Below, piece by piece: positions 8,757 to 17,482 of a DNA stretch of 64,000 nt. A program made the translations under genes and the position numbers. This stretch comes from a virus. Lineage: Duplodnaviria; Caudoviricetes. The DNA lies in IMG/VR virus record IMGVR_UViG_3300036770_004813, positions 1,482-65,481 of that record. The stretch is one strand, 5' to 3'. How positions within the stretch are numbered: position 1 is the first letter of the stretch; each line of letters opens with the position of its first letter. A model generated the notes under the pieces. That model was not told where the DNA came from, ran no database searches, and was given only the letters and a program-made list of their open reading frames with translations.

Positions 8757-9175
8757 GGCTTAGCTTCCGTTTGCTGCCGGATTGTTTCTTGTATCACCTC
8801 ATTTCTGCCTAGGTTTGCATCAACTAATGCCAGAAGTGCGACCAATAATGCCAGATAAGGGACGAGGTTTGTGATGCTCCAGGTTGCTACATTTGTTGCG
8901 CCTTTACGGACGGCATCAGATGCTATTAGGGTATCAACCTTAACTGTTAGGGCAGCAAGATCGTCTTTTGTCATCATTCTGCTCTCTAGGTCAAATTGTC
9001 TCTTTTCTAATCCTTCAACTTTTGCAAGTGCGCTTGTCGTATATGTTTGACTATGTTTAAGATCATTTTGCATAGCAAGTAACATGCCGCGCATTTCTGC
9101 TACGCTCTCAACTATTGGCAGCAACTGCTTAAAGTCCACCTCGGCAGTCAAGGGAGTTTGAGTATCATCTATCAT
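8753..9175 (-). CDS. Coiled-coil protein with C-terminal TM helix (lysis-associated candidate)
   Basis: Heptad-rich N-terminus, LVPYLALLVALLALV; GGGAAAACT motif directly upstream. Confidence 0.5.
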   Translation of the reverse strand: MIDDTQTPLTAEVDFKQLLPIVESVAEMRGMLLAMQNDLKHSQTYTTSALAKVEGLEKRQFDLESRMMTKDDLAALTVKVDTLIASDAVRKGATNVATWSITNLVPYLALLVALLALVDANLGRNEVIQETIRQQTEAKP

Positions 9176-9282
9176 CAGTTTTCCCGTCTGGTGGGGTTAA
9201 GTTTTATGTGCGCCACCCCCGCCAGGCCATTGAGGCTGGTGACCAGGGCCTGGAGGATGTGCTCGCGGCGGGAGGTGGTCAT
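9175..9282 (-). pseudogene. Truncated 35-codon remnant resembling a tail-terminator N-terminus
   Basis: MTTSRREHILQALVTSLNGLAGV...; ATGA-coupled to the LamG gene; stops at the late motif. Confidence 0.4.
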
Positions 9283-10049
9283 GAGTCAGGGAAGGGGGCG
9301 GTGGGCAGCGCAAGGATGTTGGTCCCGGCGTGGACCATCTTTCCGGCATTTGCTCCGGTGCCTACTTCGTAGCGGGCGATTCCTTTTGTAACTCGAAATT
9401 CGTCTAAGTAGCCAATAAATGGTTCAATATTGGTATGCGTGTATCCACCAATGGTGGGATTTCGAGTCGTGTCGATCAGATTTTGATTGCAAGTTCCCGA
9501 TACCACCAAATCGCCCTGGGCGTAAATCTTTAGCCCATTTGTTAATGCATTTTCTCTAACGATCGCCACGAAAGCCCAGTCATTCAACGAAACATTCAGC
9601 GCAGGCGAAACAATAGGTGTGCCACCACCGCTAGGTGTTGAGATAAAGAAGGGTCGATTATCGGCGGTCAATCCCAGTATAAAGTAGTTTACACCGCTTT
9701 GCGATTGCGAGAAAAAGATTCCAGCTTGATTGTTGGTAGTAGTGCGATAGAGCCAACCTTCTACAGTAAACGGATCGAGGCCGTAGGCAAAACTTGAACT
9801 GGCAGATGTGAAGATTCTAGCCCCAGATCCATTGCCTGGAAAGAAAAGGGAGCTTCCGCCAAACCTTGATTGCGATGTGCTATTTACAGCGCTAAAAATT
9901 GATGTCAGCGAAAGTTTATTCGGGCTGCTGTCAATAATTGACGTGCTGCTGTTGGTGCCATTGCCATGCAGCAGGAGGGAAACATTCGAAAAGTAGGGAT
10001 CTTTTTCAACACCTCCAAACCTCCCCGAATCAATCCAGATCACTGCCAT
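9279..10049 (-). CDS. LamG/concanavalin-A-like lectin-domain virion protein
   Basis: DPYFSNVSLLLHGNG, FTVEGW, W-FVAIVR, GYLDEFRVTKGIARY, PTAPFP. Confidence 0.85.
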   Translation of the reverse strand: MAVIWIDSGRFGGVEKDPYFSNVSLLLHGNGTNSSTSIIDSSPNKLSLTSIFSAVNSTSQSRFGGSSLFFPGNGSGARIFTSASSSFAYGLDPFTVEGWLYRTTTNNQAGIFFSQSQSGVNYFILGLTADNRPFFISTPSGGGTPIVSPALNVSLNDWAFVAIVRENALTNGLKIYAQGDLVVSGTCNQNLIDTTRNPTIGGYTHTNIEPFIGYLDEFRVTKGIARYEVGTGANAGKMVHAGTNILALPTAPFPDS

Positions 10050-10717
10050 CAGACCTTCTCCCAGATCAACGATTCCCGCTCCTCAGTCTCGGGATCATCC
10101 GGCAGGAACTGGCCATCCTCGCCGCGAGCCTGAACCACCACCCACAGATCGCCGGCACCGTCCACCCACTCCTGTCCCAGATACTCAGCAGCAGGCCGCG
10201 CAGCGCCGCCCAGTGCCGCCACAAACACCTCGGGCAGGTGCAGGCTGATCGCCAGCATCCGCACCTCCTGAAGCAGCTCGGCGGACACCAATCCGCCACG
10301 ACGGAGCGCAATCCAAGCCGCCCGGAAATCGTCTACATCGCCACCGCCAGCAGCAGCCAGCAGTGTGGGGGGCAGGCTGATCGCTGCAGCCGGGGCCGTG
10401 CTCAGGCCGCCGCCCAGCAGGGCGTTGATCGCCGGATGGGCCAATAGGGTGCGTTTGAACATCCGCCAGTCGGCAGGCGGCACGGGTGGCGGCAGATCGA
10501 GCACGATCCACCCCCAGCGCCACTCCAGCGCCTCCAGGTCTACCGTGCGAGTCTGGCTCGCCTGCTGGCCAGGGCCGATCTCAGGCGCAGGCTCACGCAC
10601 CACCCGGAGCACGATGTAGCGGGAGTCCAGCTCTTGCACGGGCTCATCATCGGCCCTGGGGTAGTCTCGAATCTGGGCGGTTTCGGTGTCGTAAAGTACA
10701 AGATCTCTCATGATCAC
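10049..10717 (-). CDS. Tail-fibre-associated protein
   Basis: Between collagen-like fibre and LamG genes; ends in ARGEDGQFLPDDPET. Confidence 0.6.
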   Translation of the reverse strand: MIMRDLVLYDTETAQIRDYPRADDEPVQELDSRYIVLRVVREPAPEIGPGQQASQTRTVDLEALEWRWGWIVLDLPPPVPPADWRMFKRTLLAHPAINALLGGGLSTAPAAAISLPPTLLAAAGGGDVDDFRAAWIALRRGGLVSAELLQEVRMLAISLHLPEVFVAALGGAARPAAEYLGQEWVDGAGDLWVVVQARGEDGQFLPDDPETEERESLIWEKV

Positions 10718-11862
10718 GCCCTGCGCACGAATAGCGAAACCTTGAGGCCCGCTCCGGCCACCGTGCTGCCAATCTGGTCAATGTCGATGCTGATTTCAGC
10801 GTCGTCCGCCAGGCTGGAATCTGTGATCGTTGCGGCGCTGGCTGCTGTGGTGCTGGTAAACTCGCCGGCGTCAATGCTGAGTTTCGTACCTAGCACGCTG
10901 GTCCCTGCCTCGTTGATGTCAACGATCAGCGTGCTGCCGGTCGGCGCTGTGTTTACGCTGGCCCGCACTGCCAACAGGGTTGCGGCAAACGGCATCCTGA
11001 AGCTGATCCGATAAGTACCGGTTGTGAGTGCAGTGGTTTCATCGCCAACGGGTATCACGATCACATCCTGAGGGTATGCCCAGTTGGCATCGTCTCGCAG
11101 GAATTTCCCGCTCGAAGCGCCTGTCTGTGGCGCCAACCCCGCCGCCGATGTCGTCACCAGTGGCAGGGTTGCATCATCTCCCGTGCTGCTGGCAAGCGTG
11201 CGGGTTGCGTCGTCGTAGCTGAGGTTGGTGCCTGGCGCAGGATCGCCCTGAGGCCCTTGAGGCCCCTCTGGTCCTGTAGGTCCGGTAGCCCCAGCAGGTC
11301 CAATCAGGCTCACCCCACTCGGCCACACGCCATCAGTTTTAGGGCCGTAAATAATGGGCCCATTTGTATTGATGAAATAATCACCATTCGAGCCGGTGCC
11401 GCTACTTGGTGCAGTGGTGCCGCTCAGTATTGTTCTGCCATCACTTCCGGCTGGCCCAGAAGGACCAATCGGACCAGCGGGTCCAGCCTGCCCCTCTGCA
11501 ATGTTGAAAATTACACTGCCCCAACCGCTGCTAGTCTTCGGGCCATAAATATCTCCGTTGCTTGTATTTAGATAAAAGTCCCCGGTCTCGCCAACCCCAG
11601 ATCCCGGCACTCCTGCGCCCTGTTGCCATGCCACAGGATCGCCCTGATCTCCCTTATCTCCCTTGTCACCCTTCAGCAGGGTGCCTGCCCCCCAGGCCCC
11701 AGACATCTTGGGGCCATATAACCTGCTGGCCGTAAGATCAATATAAAACTCACCATCAGTACCTACGGCAACTGTTGGCGCCCCATTGCCCGAGAGAATG
11801 CTTTTCCCGGCAGGACCAACTAGCCCGATACCACAAACTTTGATAACTCTAGGGCAGCTCAT
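10714..11862 (-). CDS. Collagen-like fibre protein
   Basis: G-X-Y runs alternate with three G-x-x-G-x-F/Y-I/L...YGPK...W modules. Confidence 0.85.
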   Translation of the reverse strand: MSCPRVIKVCGIGLVGPAGKSILSGNGAPTVAVGTDGEFYIDLTASRLYGPKMSGAWGAGTLLKGDKGDKGDQGDPVAWQQGAGVPGSGVGETGDFYLNTSNGDIYGPKTSSGWGSVIFNIAEGQAGPAGPIGPSGPAGSDGRTILSGTTAPSSGTGSNGDYFINTNGPIIYGPKTDGVWPSGVSLIGPAGATGPTGPEGPQGPQGDPAPGTNLSYDDATRTLASSTGDDATLPLVTTSAAGLAPQTGASSGKFLRDDANWAYPQDVIVIPVGDETTALTTGTYRISFRMPFAATLLAVRASVNTAPTGSTLIVDINEAGTSVLGTKLSIDAGEFTSTTAASAATITDSSLADDAEISIDIDQIGSTVAGAGLKVSLFVRRA

Positions 11863-12221
11863 GGTTCATCCCTCCTGCTACTGCGAACCCCTACGGTTAC
11901 AGGGCCCGTCGCTAAAAAGTGATCATCAGCGTCTACATTTCCAGGGGCAATCAACAGCGCATCATATCGGTACGCTTTAGTAGTGCTGAGATTATTTACG
12001 AGATCCTCAGGGAAAATCAGTGTGATCTTCCCGTCGTTTGGTGATGTAACAGTTGTCACGGGGTAAATAGCGCGGGCTTTTGGATCAGATACAGAAGCAT
12101 TTACATCCCAACCAGTGAAGGGCCATTCTTGTGTCCCTTCATCATCGGAGTACAGCTCAAAAGAAAGGGCAGCATCTTTCCCCTGCTCCATCTCCCAAGT
12201 TTCATCCTCAACCCAAGCCAT
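11859..12221 (-). CDS. Virion structural protein (fibre/baseplate adaptor-like)
   Basis: EQG...F, G-ITL, YRYD beta-sandwich pattern; late motif upstream. Confidence 0.6.
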   Translation of the reverse strand: MAWVEDETWEMEQGKDAALSFELYSDDEGTQEWPFTGWDVNASVSDPKARAIYPVTTVTSPNDGKITLIFPEDLVNNLSTTKAYRYDALLIAPGNVDADDHFLATGPVTVGVRSSRRDEP

Positions 12222-12239
12222 AGCACTTGTGCTCTTGCC

Positions 12240-12497
12240 TTAGTTTTCCCGGTCTACTTCCACCCACGCTTCATCCACATCAGGCGTAGCGGGATCATCT
12301 GCTAGGAATTTGCCCTCTTCATCCCTCGCCCGTTCGGCTTCTACGGGGGCAGCTTTCTTGCTCGCCTTTTTCTTGCTCTCTACAGGAGCAGGAGCAGGAG
12401 CCACAGCCTCAGCAGCAGGGGGCTCAATGCCATGAAGAATCAGTGCCTGTTGCTGTTCAGGCGTAGAACCTGGGCTAAAGCTAAAGAGTTGAATCAT
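12240..12497 (-). CDS. Small virion-associated protein with RARDEEGKFLADDPATP motif
   Basis: ATG 12497 follows a terminator; low-complexity linker. Confidence 0.6.
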   Translation of the reverse strand: MIQLFSFSPGSTPEQQQALILHGIEPPAAEAVAPAPAPVESKKKASKKAAPVEAERARDEEGKFLADDPATPDVDEAWVEVDREN

Positions 12498-12517
12498 GAT
12501 CAGAAGGGAGGCGGATA

Positions 12518-12545
12518 AAAAGAAAGGGGAGGACAGGCCTCCCCT
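12518..12545 (-). terminator. Rho-independent terminator after the capsid operon
   Basis: AGGGGAGG-CCTGT-CCTCCCCT followed by TTCTTTT on the minus strand. Confidence 0.8.
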
Positions 12546-12565
12546 AGGGTCATCACAATCAGCGA

Positions 12566-13048
12566 TCAACCACGCTGGATGTGGATTGTGGCGCCAGTGG
12601 TGTTAGCAGGAACAACCAAGCCATTTTCGCCGGCACCCGTGCCAGTACCAGCCACCAACCGCAGGGCTACCACGCGGATTTCTCCGGTCAGCGAACCAGC
12701 AGCTTTCACCAGGGCTTCCACTTGTGCGCCAGTGAAACCAACTTCCGTTTGGGTCGTTCCATCGAAAACAATGGAGCCGATCCGGGCGTAGGTGGAAGCT
12801 GTGCCAACAGCAGCACCTTCTGCCACATGGGCCACTTCAATGAAGTAGCCTCCAGCAGCATCAGAGGCCGCACCCTGAGCAACAATTTTGAAAAAGTCGC
12901 AGGTGTTGAGTTTGAATGGCATCACCCGAGCTGCTCCCGTGCGGGATTCAGCGGCGACACCTTCTCCAGCTCGAACAGAACCGAAGATAACGGATTCGCG
13001 GTCAATAAATACCGCTTTCCGTGGAGCTAAACCAGTTGCCTTAGGCAT
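12566..13048 (-). CDS. Putative capsid decoration protein
   Basis: Immediately downstream of the major capsid gene; beta-rich and Ala/Gly-rich. Confidence 0.55.
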   Translation of the reverse strand: MPKATGLAPRKAVFIDRESVIFGSVRAGEGVAAESRTGAARVMPFKLNTCDFFKIVAQGAASDAAGGYFIEVAHVAEGAAVGTASTYARIGSIVFDGTTQTEVGFTGAQVEALVKAAGSLTGEIRVVALRLVAGTGTGAGENGLVVPANTTGATIHIQRG

Positions 13049-13088
13049 AATTCAGATGGGGAATGAAGAACGGAATAAGCGGTAAGAA

Positions 13089-14057
13089 TCAGGCCGTGAT
13101 CGCAGCGTTAGTGATGTTATACAGGCGAGCCGCAGCACGCTTGTTTTCAATCACCATGGCGGCGTGCCAAGAGATCCGGGTCAGACGGGTCGGGGTGGCG
13201 AAAGATTCACCCACGTCATAAACCACCAGGCCAGGCTGAGGATTGCCAGCTTGATCAAGGCTGGGGCCTTGAACACCACTCACCAGACCTTCGCCCATGC
13301 TGACGCAATAAACGGAAGCGGTGTTGGCACTGGAGCCCTCATCGAAGCCTTGAATGGCAACGTTGCGGGAATCCACGTCAGTTTTGATGATTTCTACGTC
13401 GCCGTAGAACATGGACTGACGACCGATTTCGTTCAGTTCAAAATTCACCGTGCCAGACACGCCAGTGGCGCGAGAGGCAGCAGCAAAGCGAACTGCGAGC
13501 TTTTTGCCCATGATCAGCCGCTTCTGGGAGTTAGGCCCATCCACAGCATCAATCAGGTCATCCAATGCAGCGAAGCTCAGGCCAGCACCAGTGGCATGGT
13601 TAGCAATCGCTTGGGAAGAACCGATGTTGATTTTGGTGCGCAGGCCATCCATTTCACGGCCAGCGGAAGAGGCGGAATTGCCCTTCACAAAGTCCCGCTC
13701 AATGCGCATGCGCAGGGCACGGGCAGAAGCCTCGATCTGACGAGCGTGAGCATTACGACCAAACAGCGCGATTTTCGAGCTGTCGGTTTTGATGTCCTTC
13801 CCGTAGATCTTCAGCACTTCAGCTTCAGTTACGGTCGAACCTTGGCTGTCATCATTGGCCTCATCCAGCAGACGAGGATCAGTGGAAGGCAGCTCATCAT
13901 CCATGGCATAGACGTAAGCGCCGCCATCAGTATTTACGAATGGGATGATGGGAGCCAGCTCGCCAGTGTTCAGAATGGCGCGAACGCCAAGTTCAAGGCC
14001 AGAAGCACCAGCGGTAGTGCGGAGGGCAAAAGCCTCCCAGAGAGTTGTAGAAGCCAC
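13089..14057 (-). CDS. Major capsid protein (HK97 fold; GTG start 14057)
   Basis: IPF, Y-Y...LP...R-L-E, FVKGNS...EMDGL, LDDLID-VD, TRISW, AAARL pattern; follows scaffold gene. Confidence 0.85.
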   Translation of the reverse strand: MASTTLWEAFALRTTAGASGLELGVRAILNTGELAPIIPFVNTDGGAYVYAMDDELPSTDPRLLDEANDDSQGSTVTEAEVLKIYGKDIKTDSSKIALFGRNAHARQIEASARALRMRIERDFVKGNSASSAGREMDGLRTKINIGSSQAIANHATGAGLSFAALDDLIDAVDGPNSQKRLIMGKKLAVRFAAASRATGVSGTVNFELNEIGRQSMFYGDVEIIKTDVDSRNVAIQGFDEGSSANTASVYCVSMGEGLVSGVQGPSLDQAGNPQPGLVVYDVGESFATPTRLTRISWHAAMVIENKRAAARLYNITNAAITA

Positions 14058-14102
14058 GATAGAAAGGGTTAAAGAGGGTTGGTGGATGCTGCGAAGTCGC
14101 CT

Positions 14103-14227
14103 GCCTGGGGGCATCGCACCGCCCGGCTATTGCTGCAGAAGTAGCTGAACCGCCTTACCCTTGAGGCATCGCGCCAAAAGGAAAGGTGACCTTCTGTCTT
14201 GGCATCGCGCCAATGAGAAGATCACCT
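14103..14227 (-). promoter_or_regulatory. Three tandem GCGAU-loop hairpins in the major capsid 5' leader
   Basis: Stems at 14103-14127, 14153-14186 and 14184-14227 all close a GCGAT loop on the minus strand. Confidence 0.75.
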
Positions 14228-14252
14228 AAAGTTTTCCCGGTCAGTTAGAAAA

Positions 14253-15050
14253 TCAGCTGCCGTAGTGTTCTGACAGGTAGCTAGAGCCGGATTTGGCCCT
14301 TGCTTCCTCGACCGATCGAACCTGAGTGGTTCTGACGCCACGGGCACCAACGAAACCGCCGGAACCTTCCCCGCCCTTAGGCTTAAAGAATGTGCCGATC
14401 ACAGGGGAGTTATCGGCTTGGGCATTTAGCCAAGCCACAGGATCAATGTCCCCGCTATCGGTTTTGATCCGATCGCCGTCAGCATCTACGACGTAGAGCT
14501 TGCCGGTGGCTTCATCAATCCTTAGGTGCCGCTTGCCCTGAAATTCCATCCAGGCATCGAAGAACGAAAGGCCTGAGCTGTCGGCACCATCGCGGCCCTC
14601 GGCAGCAGAGAAGATGCTGCGGGCAGCAGTTTTGATCTCTAAGGCGATTCGCTTCTCCTTTTCCCGTTGCGCAACATCATTAGCTTTGCGCACGTTCTCC
14701 TGTGCCTTGCTTTCGAGCCGCTGACGTTCAGCAGCAGTGAGCTGCTCACGTTCCCTAAGTTGCCGTTCCAATTCAGCGGCACGCTCCTGGGCAGCCTTGT
14801 AAGCCTCAGGGTTTAGATCCTTGACGGTGCTGAGCTGTGTCTCTAGGTTGGCCAGTTGCCTTTCCAGTTGCTTGCGGCGCTCCCGTTCAGTGCGCAAGGC
14901 TTTTTCGCCAGCTTCCCCGAGCGGTTCGCCATCAGGGCTTGGATCACTGCCGCCACCGTCGCCTTCATCTGAAGGGTCAGGATCGACAGAATTAAGGATC
15001 TCCCAGTCCCATGGCATCGTGAAGGGACTGAAAAATGAATTGATGTTCAT
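14253..15050 (-). CDS. Capsid scaffolding protein
   Basis: Acidic N-terminus, LGEAGEKALRTERERRK coiled coil, FKPKGGEGSG; directly upstream of major capsid gene. Confidence 0.8.
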   Translation of the reverse strand: MNINSFFSPFTMPWDWEILNSVDPDPSDEGDGGGSDPSPDGEPLGEAGEKALRTERERRKQLERQLANLETQLSTVKDLNPEAYKAAQERAAELERQLREREQLTAAERQRLESKAQENVRKANDVAQREKEKRIALEIKTAARSIFSAAEGRDGADSSGLSFFDAWMEFQGKRHLRIDEATGKLYVVDADGDRIKTDSGDIDPVAWLNAQADNSPVIGTFFKPKGGEGSGGFVGARGVRTTQVRSVEEARAKSGSSYLSEHYGS

Positions 15051-15089
15051 GCGTTGCCCGTGGATCGCCCATCGGGTGCAAGTTGCATG
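15048..15089 (-). promoter_or_regulatory. GCGAU-loop hairpin covering the scaffold start codon
   Basis: CATGC/GCATG, TTGC/GCAA, CCG/CGG and TGG/CCA stems around ATCGC. Confidence 0.7.
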
Positions 15090-15105
15090 ATTAGTTTTCC
15101 CGGTG

Positions 15106-15219
15106 CTATTGCCTAGCCTTTTGCACGGCAGTATTGATCACTCTTGTATTGTTCTCGCGGCGCTGCAACCGCTGGCGATTGGCGATCACAGCAAGGTCTG
15201 CTAGCTCGCTGTTTTCCAT
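15106..15219 (-). CDS. 37-aa peptide paralogous to a segment of the upstream tail protein
   Basis: MENSELADLAVIANRQRLQRRENNTRVINTAVQKARQ vs ANRERLDRRENENKVKAEAVQ. Confidence 0.45.
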   Translation of the reverse strand: MENSELADLAVIANRQRLQRRENNTRVINTAVQKARQ

Positions 15220-15257
15220 GCGGTCGGGGTCTTGGGTGTTGGGGTTGGAGCGTTCCA

Positions 15258-16562
15258 TCATTCTGCCCAGATTAGTTCGCCGTAGTCCTTGTCAGTGTAG
15301 ATAATTTCTACCTGATCGTAGAAGGTGCTATTTAGTGGATTCGGGAAACGGTTAACGTAAGTCAGGCTGACGGCTATATCAGCATATCGCTTTTTCTGAA
15401 TTGTAAAGTCGTAATACTCAAGCAATTCGGCTGGCGGTTCTTCGCTTAAAAGCCATTCTCCATCAAGAATAAGATCCAACCCAGGCCGCCTACTTTCAAT
15501 AATGTAGATACCGGTATCATTTCCGTCAATGTAAGACCTGACGCCTCCCTCGATTCTATGAGCACCCGGCCTGCCCCATTCAAAAGTACGCTTTTCAGTA
15601 GGTTGCCCAAAAGTATCTGTTGATATATTCATAAATATCTCTTTGATTTCCTTGGTAAGCTCGATCCGCTCAATATAAATCTTGCTTGGATCACCCGTGA
15701 CATGCTTAGGCTGTGGATATTTGGATTCAGGATCTAATCCGCCTAGCGTGTTAAATCCCTCCTCCACATTTCTTAGTTCAAATAGACTTGTTTCCAGCAA
15801 AGCTGGATTTCCCTTTTTTGCAAAGAAGTAAATATACGATGACTTGTTGACTTTTCTTGAGTCAAAGAACAAGCCAAGTTGCCAGCTGTATCTTTCTTCG
15901 TCAGTTGTAGTTGCATTCAAGGTGCCCGCGACTTCAAGGTAAAGCCTGTCTTTTGTGCTTTCAATAATTGACAAATGAATTAAGGAATCATTGCTTGGGA
16001 ACGAGCTTGCGGATTTATCAAAGGTAGTATGAGCTGGCAAAACGTAGGGCTCGCCAGATGCGGGCACAACAAAGAAGCGGTAAGTTTCATAAGCAGATGG
16101 AAGAGTCATAATGTTTCGCGAGGCCGTCAACTCGGATCCAAGAACACCTAGGCGGTTGCTAGCCGTACCTCTTTTTTCTTTAAGTTCTTGAATGATCCAA
16201 GAAAAGATTGCTTTATTATTTTTCCTTTTAGGCAGCACCGTTCTAGTTTTATTTTCCGGCACCCCGCGAGTAACCTCCTTTTTGTTTGCCTTTTGTTCCG
16301 CCTCTTCCTTCTTGATTTCCTGCACCGCCTCGGCTTTGACCTTGTTTTCATTCTCCCTGCGGTCTAGCCTCTCACGATTCGCCGCCTGAGCCGCCCTAGA
16401 CGTTTCAAGGATTGACGCCGAGGGCGTTACGGTGATCTGTGTAGAGGCTGGCGACCTTCGCCCTTGGCTATCTGCCTGCCATGTTGAATCAAAATATAGG
16501 CCATCTTTTTCTGATCTCCAATCATCAGTTGTAGCATTATCTTCAAAGCGTCGTGATGTCAT
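15258..16562 (-). CDS. Minor tail protein / receptor-binding candidate with AT-rich C-terminal part
   Basis: Position in tail module; coiled-coil neck followed by an AT-rich globular region. Confidence 0.6.
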   Translation of the reverse strand: MTSRRFEDNATTDDWRSEKDGLYFDSTWQADSQGRRSPASTQITVTPSASILETSRAAQAANRERLDRRENENKVKAEAVQEIKKEEAEQKANKKEVTRGVPENKTRTVLPKRKNNKAIFSWIIQELKEKRGTASNRLGVLGSELTASRNIMTLPSAYETYRFFVVPASGEPYVLPAHTTFDKSASSFPSNDSLIHLSIIESTKDRLYLEVAGTLNATTTDEERYSWQLGLFFDSRKVNKSSYIYFFAKKGNPALLETSLFELRNVEEGFNTLGGLDPESKYPQPKHVTGDPSKIYIERIELTKEIKEIFMNISTDTFGQPTEKRTFEWGRPGAHRIEGGVRSYIDGNDTGIYIIESRRPGLDLILDGEWLLSEEPPAELLEYYDFTIQKKRYADIAVSLTYVNRFPNPLNSTFYDQVEIIYTDKDYGELIWAE

Positions 16563-16980
16563 CGCAGACAAATCTTATGTTATATGCCCTGGGTTGCCCT
16601 GGTGCTAGAACAATGTTAGGCGCTTCAGTCCAGAGCCCTGCAATGTTTGTATCCCAGGTCGTGCCATTGCCCAGCACAAGATAAACAGAATCATAATTTA
16701 ATCCTGTTCCTGTTGTATTGGCTTGGAATGATGCGGTAACGATTGGCGTTTGAAATCTTTGGGTTGCAGAATCGTAACTACCTGCGGCTAAGGTGAAGGT
16801 ATAACGAGCGTAACCATTAGCAGCTTGGGCAGTGATCTCCGCAGCGTCCCACTGGGCTGTAGTTGAATTTAGGGTTAGGCCAGTGGTTGCATTAGCAAGG
16901 CATAGCCTGGCGTTACGGCCTAGATAAGCTGCAGCATATACCCTGGCTAATTCTGCGCTGGACCATTGAAATGCGGCCAT
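16543..16980 (-). CDS. Minor tail structural protein
   Basis: E-...NGYAR motif; similar in pattern to 17013-17444. Confidence 0.7.
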   Translation of the reverse strand: MAAFQWSSAELARVYAAAYLGRNARLCLANATTGLTLNSTTAQWDAAEITAQAANGYARYTFTLAAGSYDSATQRFQTPIVTASFQANTTGTGLNYDSVYLVLGNGTTWDTNIAGLWTEAPNIVLAPGQPRAYNIRFVCDDITTL

Positions 16981-17012
16981 GGATCAGGGCTCCTTTCTTT
17001 AGGGTTCGATGG

Positions 17013-17444
17013 TTAGGTGGTAGTGAAAGAAAGGATGCCATTTGCATTCCAGACAACCTTGAAAGGTGTGCCATCAGCAGCGGTTTGGCTGCCGTCGAAG
17101 TTGATGAAGAGTACGGGCGGGTCGTTGGTATCTGTGTCGTTGTAGAGGATGCCAAAGCTGGAAGTGATCGCCCCACCCGAAGCATTCCAGGTCACGTCAT
17201 CCGCGTCAAACATTGCATCATTGGTCGTTACCGTCGTCACGGCAACATTGGTCAGTGAAGCGCCGCCCGTGGTGTAACCACTCCCGTTTGCAACCTCCGT
17301 TCCACCTGTTGCCGCCAGGGTGGTGTGGGTTGCGTCGAACGTTGCAGCGGTGAGGAGTTTTAGCTTATAGGTGTCAGAAACGGAGTTTGCGCCTGATGCA
17401 AACCTAGAAACGGTGTGGTTGTAAAGGCTTACGGTTACTGCCAT
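17013..17444 (-). CDS. Minor tail structural protein
   Basis: DTYKLKLL...EVANGSGYTTGG...FDADDVTW...WNANGI; late motif upstream. Confidence 0.75.
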   Translation of the reverse strand: MAVTVSLYNHTVSRFASGANSVSDTYKLKLLTAATFDATHTTLAATGGTEVANGSGYTTGGASLTNVAVTTVTTNDAMFDADDVTWNASGGAITSSFGILYNDTDTNDPPVLFINFDGSQTAADGTPFKVVWNANGILSFTTT

Positions 17445-17482
17445 TCATAGTGAGGCTGTTCATGTTTAGTTTTCCCGGTTCA

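Noticed and set aside
13164-14072. 302-aa plus-strand ORF, and similar long antisense ORFs (816-1517, 7220-7819, 18758-19441)
   Set aside because: Shadow frames opposite well-supported genes, with no recognisable motifs
14058-14114. N-terminal extension of the capsid ORF from ATG 14114
   Set aside because: That ATG lies in a GCGAU hairpin loop; GTG 14057 gives a more typical start
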